64,000 nucleotides of DNA, from the NCBI GenBank assembly GCA_963717115.1, contig CAVQVO010000009.1:38788-102787 (forward strand). The letters are read 5' to 3'. The translations under genes and the position numbers were made by a program. The stretch is from an uncultured Acidimicrobiales bacterium. Lineage in GTDB: Bacteria > Actinomycetota > Acidimicrobiia > Acidimicrobiales > SZUA-35. Under the pieces are notes generated by a model that saw nothing but the letters and a program-made list of their open reading frames with translations, searched no databases and had not been told where the DNA came from. Shown one piece after another: positions 39,100 to 47,575 of this stretch. The first letter of the stretch is position 1, and every line of letters starts with the position of its first letter.

Positions 39100-39753
39100 G
39101 TGGCTCCCTCGTTCGTCTTCGGTGTCGATCTCGATGGCGTCTGCGCCGACTACACGCTCGGCTTCCGGGCCGTCGTCGCCGAGGCGAAGGGGGTCGATCC
39201 CGATTCCCTGCCCGAGGAGCGATCGTGGGGCTTCGACGAATGGGGGCTCGACGAAGCCGAGTTCGCCCGCCTGCACCGGTACGCCGTCACCGAGCGACGC
39301 CTCTTCCGGACCCTGCCGACCATCGAGGGGTGTGCCGAGGCGCTGTGGCGGCTCTCCGACGCCGGGGTCTGGATCCGGATCATCACCCACCGGCTCTACA
39401 CCAACTGGGGTCACGCCGAGGCCGTCGCCGACACCGTGGCCTGGCTCGACGACGTCCGGATCCCCTACCGCGACATCTGCTTCCTCGGGGCCAAACCACA
39501 GGTCGAGGCCGACGTGTACATCGACGACGCCCCCCACAACGTCGATGCGCTCCGCGCCGCCGGCAACGACGTCATCGTGTTCGAGGCCCCCTACAACACC
39601 ATGCTCGGCGGCCTCCGGGCCCGCACCTGGGGTGAGGTCGAGGCGATCGTGATCGAGCTGGCGGCGGCTCGGGGCGCGATCCAACCGCAACTCCCGGGGA
39701 TCGACCCGGGGACCGACCGGTTGTCACGGCGCAAGCGCCCGGGCGGAGTCTGA
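39100..39753 (+). CDS. 5'(3')-nucleotidase, NT5C-type HAD hydrolase
   Basis: GVDLDGV, IITHR, YIDDAPHN, APYN. Confidence 0.85.
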   Translation: MAPSFVFGVDLDGVCADYTLGFRAVVAEAKGVDPDSLPEERSWGFDEWGLDEAEFARLHRYAVTERRLFRTLPTIEGCAEALWRLSDAGVWIRIITHRLYTNWGHAEAVADTVAWLDDVRIPYRDICFLGAKPQVEADVYIDDAPHNVDALRAAGNDVIVFEAPYNTMLGGLRARTWGEVEAIVIELAAARGAIQPQLPGIDPGTDRLSRRKRPGGV

Positions 39754-39812
39754 GGAAGGCGACGTGCGAACCGGCGCAGCGGTCGCCCGACCGCCTCGCC
39801 CGGCCTCGGGGA

Positions 39813-40076
39813 TCAGACGGCGGGCTGGCAATCGGCCGCGAGCGCGACCCGATCGAGGGTGTCACGCCACCAGACGAGTTCGACGACCGACTTGCCCGGC
39901 ACGTCGGCGAGGATCTCGTCGAGGAGCGTGGTCAGCGCGATCTCGGAGCCCGCTTCGAGGCGCAGATCGAGAAGGTGGTCGATGACCCGGCCCCGGTCGA
40001 TCAGCTGGCCCGAGGTTGCGGCAGTCACATCGGCGGTCTGGAGTTCGGCGATCAGTTTCGACATCACGAGGTCCAT
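39813..40076 (-). CDS. Small hypothetical protein (87 aa)
   Basis: GGAGG upstream of the ATG; protein-like composition (RVIDHLLDLRL, PGKSVVE). Confidence 0.7.
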   Translation of the reverse strand: MDLVMSKLIAELQTADVTAATSGQLIDRGRVIDHLLDLRLEAGSEIALTTLLDEILADVPGKSVVELVWWRDTLDRVALAADCQPAV

Positions 40077-40332
40077 GGTGCCACCTCCGGAGCGCCCTTG
40101 GTGCATCACAGTGGCAGATGACCAACCCACGACCCCGTTCGATTCGGGCTCGATCCGACCCGGCCCTCGGACGGTACCGGGGCCTCACCAGGGATTTCCC
40201 GGTCCAGGCCCGGGGTGGAACGACTCAGCGCCGCCGCCGGCGGACCCATGCCGACACCACGAGATTTCTCGGAGGTGACGCACGCCCGTAACGCCATCGG
40301 CGGACTCGGCGAGCCCGCGGGTCACGTGTCGG

Positions 40333-41283
40333 TCAGGGCGTGACCACGACCGTCAGACCGATCGGCGCCCACTGGTAGAGCGCCGCCGCCTGGTCGTTGC
40401 GTTGCCGCACGCAGCCGCTCGACTGGAACGTCCCGAGTTGGGCCTCGGACTGCATGGGCACCCCGTTCGCATAGTTCGGGATCGAGTGGAACCCGATCGA
40501 GAGCCGGGTGCCGTGGGCGAAGCGCACCATGTGCCTCATCGTGATGCCGTCGTGACCGGCGAAGGCGACGAGGGACTTCGAGTAGACCTGGTAGCGGCCG
40601 GGGGCGGGCGTGTCGCGACGCCCCGAGACCAGGTAGGAGTTCACCACCCGGTCGTCACGGTCGACCCACCAGATCCGTTGCTGGGAGTTCGAGTAGACGA
40701 CGCGGTGGCCGTAGCCCGAATTCGCCGGCGGTCGATCGAAGGTCGGGCCGGGCGGTGGCGGTGGTGGAACGGGGGACGCGGTGCCCGTCAGGGCCACGAA
40801 CTCCGCCGACTCGCTGAAGCCGAGCAGGAGCCCGTTGCGGGCCAGCCCGTTGGTGACGAGCTCGACCCAGTAGGCGAACCCGTCGGGGTCGGGCTCACGA
40901 CCGAGCACATTGCCGTAGATCACCCGGACGAAGTCGGGATCGGCCAGGGTCCCGTAGGTGGCCGTCCACTCCGAGGACACCATGAACTCGTCGGCGATGC
41001 GGGGAAGCGGTGTCCCGTCGACGTAGAGAGCGACCCAGTACTCGAGCCCGGCGGCATCGGGTTCGCGCAGGAACACCGCCCGGTAGAGCCGGACCACGCT
41101 GTCGCGGACGCCGGGGGCGACCTCGGCCGAGCTCGGGTCCTGCGCGGCGACCGGAGTGGGCGCGAGGAGCGAGCCCAGGGCGAGCGCGGCGACGACGAGC
41201 AGGAACAGGCCGTGGAGCCGGGAGCGGGAACGTGGGGAGCGGGAGTCCGCAGGCGGCGGGCAATGGCAGGGGGGCGATGACAT
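40333..41283 (-). CDS. Secreted DUF4214 domain plus YkuD L,D-transpeptidase
   Basis: Signal peptide; two repeats RLYRAVFLREPDAAGLEYW / IYGNVLGREPDPDGFAYW; Pro linker; IGFHSIP...SSGCVR catalytic motif. Confidence 0.85.
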   Translation of the reverse strand: MSSPPCHCPPPADSRSPRSRSRLHGLFLLVVAALALGSLLAPTPVAAQDPSSAEVAPGVRDSVVRLYRAVFLREPDAAGLEYWVALYVDGTPLPRIADEFMVSSEWTATYGTLADPDFVRVIYGNVLGREPDPDGFAYWVELVTNGLARNGLLLGFSESAEFVALTGTASPVPPPPPPGPTFDRPPANSGYGHRVVYSNSQQRIWWVDRDDRVVNSYLVSGRRDTPAPGRYQVYSKSLVAFAGHDGITMRHMVRFAHGTRLSIGFHSIPNYANGVPMQSEAQLGTFQSSGCVRQRNDQAAALYQWAPIGLTVVVTP

Positions 41284-41469
41284 GTGATCGTGGCGGGAGG
41301 CGCGGCTGGGACGATCGGACAGACGCACCCGTTCAGAATGCCAGGCGGCCTCGCCGGAGCCACGGTTCTCCCGACGGATTTCATGCGACCGTCACCGACG
41401 GGACACCTCGACCCGATGATGGCCCGACACCGCCGAGAATCCGAGGCGTACCGTTAGCATTCGCCTTCA

Positions 41470-42834
41470 ATGGCTACGGGAAGGGCGAGGTCGCGCTGGC
41501 ACTGGCAGACGACGCATCCCGGCCAGTTGGTGATCCTCGGGTTTGCCGTGATCATCGCCGTCGGGACGCTCCTGTTGCGACTGCCGTTCGCCCACGAGAC
41601 CACCACCGAGCAGATCTCGCTGCTCGATGCGTTCTTCACCGCCGTCTCGGCGACCACGGTGACCGGGTTGGCGGTCTTCGACACCGGAGCCACGTTCTCG
41701 TGGTTCGGCGAACTCGTGATCCTGGCCATGATCCAGATCGGCGGCCTCGGGATCATGACCCTGGCGTCGCTCGCGACCATCTTCTTGTCGAAGCGGCTCG
41801 GCATCCGGCGAGGTCTGCTGGCCGGCACCGAGATCGGGCTCGGTGACTTCGGGGATCTGCGGCCCGTGATCAAGGCCATCCTCCGGTTCACCCTCCTGTT
41901 CGAAGGACTCGCGGCCCTCGGGCTCAGCCTGTGCTTCCTCGTCGAGGGCGACCACACGTTCGGTGGGTCGATCTATCTCGGGGTCTTCCACTCCATCTCG
42001 GCGTTCAACAACGCCGGCTTCTCGCCGCTCCTCGGCGGGTTGGAACGCTACGTGGGCGATCCGTGGGTCAGTGGCATCGTGTCGTTCACCATCATCGCGG
42101 GCGGCATCGGGTTCCCGGTCGCCGTCGAACTGGCCAGGCACTTCCGCAACCCCCGGGCGTGGTCGCTGCACACGAAGGTCACCGTCGCCGCGACGGCCGC
42201 CCTCATCGTGGCGGGCACGCTGGCCATCCTGGCCATCGAGTGGACGAACCCGGCCACCATGGGCGACCTCTCGGTGCCCGACAAGGTCCTCGCCAGCGTG
42301 TTCCAGTCGGTGACGACTCGCACCGCCGGGTTCAACACCGTCCCGATCGGCGGGTTGCGGGGTGGCTCGATCCTGCTCATGCTGCTCCTGATGACGATCG
42401 GCGCCAGCAGTGCGTCGACCGGCGGCGGCATCAAGACCTCGACGTTCGCGATCGTGGTGTGGACGACCCTGGCCGAATTCCGGGGCGACAACGAGGTGAC
42501 GATCTTCCATCGTCGGCTCCCGTCGTCGCTCCAGCGCCAGGCGCTGGCCCTGGTGGTCGCCGCCCTGGGAACCATCGGCACCGCGACGTTCCTGCTCTCG
42601 TTGGCCCAACCCGACCTCGCGCTGGACTCCTTGTTGTTCGAAGCGGCGTCGGCCTTCGGTACCGTCGGCCTCTCGACGGGAATCACCCCCGACCTCGAGC
42701 CGTTCGGCAAGTTGCTGATCGCGGCGCTCATGTTCATCGGCCGTGTCGGTCCCGTCACCTTCGGGACGGCCATCCTGTTCCGCAGCAAGCCCCATCGATT
42801 CCGCTATCCGGAAGAAAAGCTGCTCGTCGGGTGA
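41470..42834 (+). CDS. ktrB: Trk/Ktr potassium uptake membrane subunit
   Basis: Four pore loops: SATTVTGL, SAFNNAGF, RTAGF, SAFGTVGLS; also STGGGIK. Confidence 0.93.
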   Translation: MATGRARSRWHWQTTHPGQLVILGFAVIIAVGTLLLRLPFAHETTTEQISLLDAFFTAVSATTVTGLAVFDTGATFSWFGELVILAMIQIGGLGIMTLASLATIFLSKRLGIRRGLLAGTEIGLGDFGDLRPVIKAILRFTLLFEGLAALGLSLCFLVEGDHTFGGSIYLGVFHSISAFNNAGFSPLLGGLERYVGDPWVSGIVSFTIIAGGIGFPVAVELARHFRNPRAWSLHTKVTVAATAALIVAGTLAILAIEWTNPATMGDLSVPDKVLASVFQSVTTRTAGFNTVPIGGLRGGSILLMLLLMTIGASSASTGGGIKTSTFAIVVWTTLAEFRGDNEVTIFHRRLPSSLQRQALALVVAALGTIGTATFLLSLAQPDLALDSLLFEAASAFGTVGLSTGITPDLEPFGKLLIAALMFIGRVGPVTFGTAILFRSKPHRFRYPEEKLLVG

Positions 42835-42862
42835 TCCCCGTCGATCGAGCGAAGGAGCTCCC

Positions 42863-43567
42863 GTGCCCAATCTCCGCCAGATGCTGTCCGGCCAGCGAGC
42901 CGACAGCGATTCGTTGGTCGCCCAGTCGGTCCTCGTCATCGGGTTGGGGCGGTTCGGCTCGTCCCTGGCCGAAACGCTCGTCCAGATCGGCACCGAGGTG
43001 ATGGCCATCGACATGGATCCCGGTCTCGTCCAGGAGTACTCGTCGCGACTCACCCATGTCCGCGAGGCGGACGCCACCAACCCGAAGGTGCTCCGCCAGC
43101 TCGGGGCCGACGAGTTCGACGTCGCGGTCGTTGCCATCGGCACCGGGATCGAAGCCTCCATCCTGTGCACGGCCGCCCTGGTCGAGGTCGGGGTGAAGAA
43201 CATCTGGGCCAAGGCCATCCGCGACGACCACGGTCGCATCCTCGAGCGGGTTGGCGCCCACCACGTGGTCTACCCCGAGAAACAGATGGGGGCCCGGGTC
43301 GCCCACGCCGTGTCCGGTCAGGTGCTCGACTACTTCGAGCTCGACGAGGGCTTCGTGCTGGCCGAGGTCCGACCGCCGAAGGAACTCATCGGGAAGAACC
43401 TGCGTGACGCCCACATCCGCGAGAAGTACGGCGTGACGATCGTGTGCGTGAAGCCGGAAGGCAAGGGGTTCACCTACGCCACCCCCGAGACCGAGATCCT
43501 CGCCGGCGACATCCTCGTGATCGCCGGCGACGTGTCGTCGACCGAGCGGTTCGCGACGATTCGCTGA
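42863..43567 (+). CDS. ktrA: Trk/Ktr potassium uptake RCK subunit
   Basis: VIGLGRFG, VVYPEKQMG; AAGGAG RBS before the GTG. Confidence 0.93.
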   Translation: MPNLRQMLSGQRADSDSLVAQSVLVIGLGRFGSSLAETLVQIGTEVMAIDMDPGLVQEYSSRLTHVREADATNPKVLRQLGADEFDVAVVAIGTGIEASILCTAALVEVGVKNIWAKAIRDDHGRILERVGAHHVVYPEKQMGARVAHAVSGQVLDYFELDEGFVLAEVRPPKELIGKNLRDAHIREKYGVTIVCVKPEGKGFTYATPETEILAGDILVIAGDVSSTERFATIR

Positions 43568-43574
43568 GGCCGGC

Positions 43575-43964
43575 GTGGAGCTCCTCGGCCGCATCCTGGC
43601 GCTCGTCCTCGCCGCGGTCTTCCTGTGGGCGGCGTTCGGCAAGCTCCGCGATCGGCCGTCGACGGCGAGCCAGTTCCGCGATCTCGGCCTCCCTCGGCCG
43701 GCCGAGACCGTCGTCGTCGTCGCCATCGCCGAGATCGCCGTCGCCGGGCTTCTGCTGGTCGTCCCGCCCTGGGGTGCGATCGCCGCGTTCGTCCTGCTGA
43801 TCGGGTTCACGACCCTGCTCGCCGGCGTGGTCCGGTCCGGGCGGCCCGTGCACTGCGCCTGTTTCGGGGCCCTGACCGACTCGCCGGTCTCGTGGCGATC
43901 GCTGGTCCGCAACGCCGTCCTCCTGGTGGCGACCCTGCCGGTCATGGTCCTCGACGGTTGGTGA
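43575..43964 (+). CDS. MauE/DoxX-family membrane protein
   Basis: AAFGKL, IAEI, CACFG, VRNAVL. Confidence 0.85.
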   Translation: MELLGRILALVLAAVFLWAAFGKLRDRPSTASQFRDLGLPRPAETVVVVAIAEIAVAGLLLVVPPWGAIAAFVLLIGFTTLLAGVVRSGRPVHCACFGALTDSPVSWRSLVRNAVLLVATLPVMVLDGW

Positions 43965-44034
43965 GGCCCGACGGGCACGGCGAGGGGACGCCCACCGAGT
44001 CGTGCCGCGCCGCGGCCCGTGCCAGGATGGCGCC

Positions 44035-45327
44035 ATGACCGATCGTGCCTGGGGATTCCGGACCCGAGCCCTGCACGCCGGCGGCCGGCCCGATGCGGCC
44101 ACCGGGGCGCGGGCCGTGCCCATCTACCAATCGACGAGCTTCGTGTTCGAAGACACCGCCGAGGCCGCCAACCTGTTCGCACTCCAGAAGTACGGCACGA
44201 TCTACAGCCGGATCTCGAACCCGACCGTCGCGGCATTCGAGGAGCGGATGGCGTCGCTCGAGGGGGGGATCGGGGCCGTCGCCACCTCGAGCGGCCAGGC
44301 CGCGGAGTTCCTCACGATCACCACGCTCGCCGGGGCCGGCGATCACCTCGTCGCCGCGGCGGGCATCTACGGCGGTTCCTACACGCTCATGGCGACCACG
44401 CTGGCCCGGCTCGGCATCGAGACGACCTTCGTGCCCAACACCGACCCGAGCGCCTTCGAAGCCGCCATCCGGCCCGAGACCAAGTTGCTCTACACCGAGA
44501 TCATCGGGAACCCCACCGGGGCGGTCGCCGACCTCGAGGCCCTGGCCGACATCGCCCATCGGCACGGCCTTCCGCTGGTGGTCGACGCAACCTTCGCCAC
44601 GCCCTACCTGTGCCGCCCGATCGAGTTCGGCGCCGACATCGTGGTGCATTCGGCCACCAAGTTCATCGGCGGTCACGGCACCAGCATCGGTGGCGTCGTC
44701 GTCGAGGCCGGCAGGTTCGACTGGGCGTCGGGACGGTTCCCCCGGTTCACCGAGCCCGTGCCCACCTACAACGGCGTCCAGTGGGCCGACAACTTCGGTG
44801 AGTACGCCTTCTGCACCGCTCTCCGATCCGAACAGTTGCGCGATGTCGGCGCCTGCCTGTCGCCGTTCAACGCCTTCCTGCTGCTCCAGGGACTGGAGAC
44901 GCTCCCCCATCGCATGGACGCCCACGTGGCCAATGCCCGGGCCGTTGCGTCGTGGTTGCACGCTCATCCGACGGTCGGTTGGGTTGCCCATGCCGACCTC
45001 CCCGACTCCCCGCATCGCGAGCTGGCGGCCAAGTACCTGCCCAACGGCGCCGGGGCGATCTTCACGTTCGGGGTCGAAGGCGGTCGGGATGCGGGTCGTC
45101 GGTTCATCGAGTCGCTCGAACTGGTGAGCCACCTCGCCAACGTGGGCGACGCCCGCACGCTCGTGATCCATCCGGCGTCGACGACCCACCAGCAGATGAC
45201 CGACGCCCAACTCGCAGCCGCCGGTGTCAGCGCCGACATGGTGCGCCTGTCGGTCGGCCTGGAAGACCTCGACGACATCCTGTGGGATCTCGACCAGGCG
45301 CTCGCGAACACCCGAAGCACACCCTGA
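44035..45327 (+). CDS. metY: O-acetylhomoserine aminocarboxypropyltransferase / sulfhydrylase
   Basis: AVPIYQSTSF, YSRISNPT, HSATKFIGGHG, HLANVGD, HPASTTHQQ. Confidence 0.92.
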   Translation: MTDRAWGFRTRALHAGGRPDAATGARAVPIYQSTSFVFEDTAEAANLFALQKYGTIYSRISNPTVAAFEERMASLEGGIGAVATSSGQAAEFLTITTLAGAGDHLVAAAGIYGGSYTLMATTLARLGIETTFVPNTDPSAFEAAIRPETKLLYTEIIGNPTGAVADLEALADIAHRHGLPLVVDATFATPYLCRPIEFGADIVVHSATKFIGGHGTSIGGVVVEAGRFDWASGRFPRFTEPVPTYNGVQWADNFGEYAFCTALRSEQLRDVGACLSPFNAFLLLQGLETLPHRMDAHVANARAVASWLHAHPTVGWVAHADLPDSPHRELAAKYLPNGAGAIFTFGVEGGRDAGRRFIESLELVSHLANVGDARTLVIHPASTTHQQMTDAQLAAAGVSADMVRLSVGLEDLDDILWDLDQALANTRSTP

Positions 45328-45342
45328 GGAGGTTTCCGCTCC

Positions 45343-45852
45343 ATGTCGCACCACTCCCTCGACCATCCCCCCATCGACGGTTGGACTCCCCCGTCGGCCA
45401 AGGAGGTCCGGGCGCTCCTCGATCGGACCAACTCCATCGCGATCGTCGGGGCCTCGGCCAACCCGGCCCGGGCCTCGAACTTCGTCGTCAGCTATCTCCA
45501 CGGCACGGCCAAGAGGTTCGACCTGTACCCCGTCAACCCCGCCACGACCGAGATCGACGGCCTGACCTGCTACCCCTCGCTGGCCGATCTTCCGGTGGTG
45601 CCCGACCTGGTCGACGTGTTCCGGGCTCCCGCCGACTGCCCCGCCATCGCGACCCAGGCCGTCGAACTCGGCGCCAAGGCGCTCTGGCTGCAGCTCGGGA
45701 TCTGGAGCGAAGACGCGGCGCGGATCGCGATCGATGGCGGACTCGACCTCGTCATGGACCGCTGCGTCAAGATCGAACATGCCCGGTTCTCGGGCGGACT
45801 GCACCTCGCCGGGTTCGACACCGGGGTGATCACGAGCCGCCGCCGCGGCTGA
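45343..45852 (+). CDS. CoA-binding protein (YccU-like)
   Basis: IAIVGAS, YPVNP, DLVDVFR, LWLQLG, MDRCVKIE. Confidence 0.9.
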   Translation: MSHHSLDHPPIDGWTPPSAKEVRALLDRTNSIAIVGASANPARASNFVVSYLHGTAKRFDLYPVNPATTEIDGLTCYPSLADLPVVPDLVDVFRAPADCPAIATQAVELGAKALWLQLGIWSEDAARIAIDGGLDLVMDRCVKIEHARFSGGLHLAGFDTGVITSRRRG

Positions 45853-45905
45853 GCCACCGGTCGGCCCGTGGTCCGATCGCCGCGAATTCACGATTGACTG
45901 TCGGG

Positions 45906-46184
45906 ATGCGTTTCCCGCTCGCCCGAGTGTCCCTCATCGCCCTCGTCCTCGGGCTCGGTCTGAGCGCCTGCGGCAACCCCGATGCGTCCCGCGCCGACCT
46001 GACGACCATGCTCACCGAGCGGGCGGAACTGACCGACGACCAGGCCGACTGCATCGCCGACGCCATCTTCGGCGGCGACTTCAGCCAGGACGAGATCAAC
46101 GAGGGCTCCCGCGACCCGGCCTCGGTCGACGGGTTCCAGGGTGCCATCGACGACGCCATCGCCACCTGCGTCCCGGCCCGGTGA
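45906..46184 (+). CDS. Small lipoprotein
   Basis: Lipobox LSAC; two further Cys (QADCIAD, IATC). Confidence 0.78.
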   Translation: MRFPLARVSLIALVLGLGLSACGNPDASRADLTTMLTERAELTDDQADCIADAIFGGDFSQDEINEGSRDPASVDGFQGAIDDAIATCVPAR

Positions 46185-46247
46185 TCCGGTCCGGGCCGTG
46201 CGGGTCCGGCCCCCTCAGCTTTGCCCGATCGACGCCGATGGGGATCG

Positions 46248-46811
46248 GTGAACGAACTCGAGGTGCCCCGCTCCGCCGATGACGGTGGCGACGTGGCCGA
46301 CGTCGACGCGGCGACCGGCGACGACAACGGTCCGGCGCTGGCCACGTTCGAGGCCCGCCTGGCCGAGATGGCCCGGGCCGAACGGGAGCGGATCGGGCGG
46401 CGCAATCTGTGGCTGGCCCACCACCATCCCGACGAGTACGCCGAACGCTGCGTCCACCTCGGGAGCCGCTGGGTCTGCCGGCGCTGCGCCTCGCTGTACC
46501 CGTTGGGGATCCTCGTCGCCATCGTCTCGGCGATGGGGGTGGCGCCGTGGCCCGAGTCCATCGATCCCTGGCCGATCTGGCTGTTGTCGATCCCGGCCAC
46601 CCTCGCCTACTGCGCCGAGGCCATCGGCCTCATCCGCTACTCGGCCAGGGTGCAGGTCGGCACCACGCTGATCGCCGCCGTCGCCTTCGGCCGGGCCCTG
46701 GGGTATGAGTTCGAGCAACGCTGGAGCCCGGAGTTCTGGGGTCCGATCGCCGTGTTCGGCGGGATCTGGTTCCTGGCGACGATGATCGGCCTGACCCGCA
46801 AGAAGTTCTGA
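46248..46811 (+). CDS. Membrane protein with His/Cys motif (DUF2085-like)
   Basis: AHHHP...ERC...VCRRCASLYP followed by about 4 TM segments. Confidence 0.65.
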   Translation: MNELEVPRSADDGGDVADVDAATGDDNGPALATFEARLAEMARAERERIGRRNLWLAHHHPDEYAERCVHLGSRWVCRRCASLYPLGILVAIVSAMGVAPWPESIDPWPIWLLSIPATLAYCAEAIGLIRYSARVQVGTTLIAAVAFGRALGYEFEQRWSPEFWGPIAVFGGIWFLATMIGLTRKKF

Positions 46812-46830
46812 GCCCCGGCGGGGCGGGCGA

Positions 46831-47571
46831 TCAGCGACCGGCGATCCAGACCGCAGTGACCAGGACCGCCACCTCTCCGACCTGTTCGGCCGCGCCCAGC
46901 AGGTCACCGGTGACACCGCCGACCCGGCGCACGGCCCACCGGCCGATCAGCGCCACGCCGATCGCGGCCGACCCCACCACGACCGGCGCCCACACCCCGT
47001 AGGCCACGACGGCGGCAACCACCCCGACGGCGGCGCCGAGGACCGCCCCGAGGCGCCCCAGGTCGCGTGTGTAGTCGGCCCCGAGACCCCGGTCGTTGGC
47101 GGCCCGGACCGTTCCCATCAGCGCCACGGCACCCGAGCGGCCGACCACGTGACTGACCAGGATCGCCACCACGCCGTGCGAGGCATCGAGCTCGACGAGC
47201 GCGGCGACCTTCCAGGCCGTCACGAGCACCAGCGCCAGGACCCCGAAGGTCCCGTGCCGGGAGTCCTTCAGGATCCGCAGTCGATCCTCGACCGTCCAGC
47301 CCCCGGCCAGTGCGTCGAAGCTGTCGGCCAGCCCGTCCTCGTGGAACCCTCCGGTCACCAGGGCCGTCACGGTGACGGCACCGACCGCGGCGAGCAGGGG
47401 ACCCAGCTCGAGCTGGTGGCCGATCCAGAACGTCACGGCGCCGAAGCCACCGACCACCACGCCGACCGCGCCGAACCACGGGACCGACGCCGTCAGGTCG
47501 CCGGCGTCGTCGGGGTGTCGGCCACCGGGAAGTCGGGTCAGGAACGCCAGCGCCGTGCGGAAGCCTCGCAC
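46831..47571 (-). CDS. cobS: Adenosylcobinamide-GDP ribazoletransferase
   Basis: AFLTRLP, TGGFHEDGLADSFD, ILKDSRHGTFG, GGVTGDLLGA. Confidence 0.94.
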   Translation of the reverse strand: MRGFRTALAFLTRLPGGRHPDDAGDLTASVPWFGAVGVVVGGFGAVTFWIGHQLELGPLLAAVGAVTVTALVTGGFHEDGLADSFDALAGGWTVEDRLRILKDSRHGTFGVLALVLVTAWKVAALVELDASHGVVAILVSHVVGRSGAVALMGTVRAANDRGLGADYTRDLGRLGAVLGAAVGVVAAVVAYGVWAPVVVGSAAIGVALIGRWAVRRVGGVTGDLLGAAEQVGEVAVLVTAVWIAGR

Positions 47572-47575
47572 GCGG

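Noticed and set aside
41284-41469. c-di-AMP (ydaO) riboswitch expected near ktrB or the cell-wall enzyme
   Set aside because: I could not find the conserved GCTGAATCC, GGGGTGAAT or CCCGTCAGCTAAC blocks on either strand; cmscan would settle it.
43965-44034. SAM riboswitch upstream of metY
   Set aside because: The gap is only 70 bp, has no recognisable SAM-I/IV core, and looks like a leaderless start.
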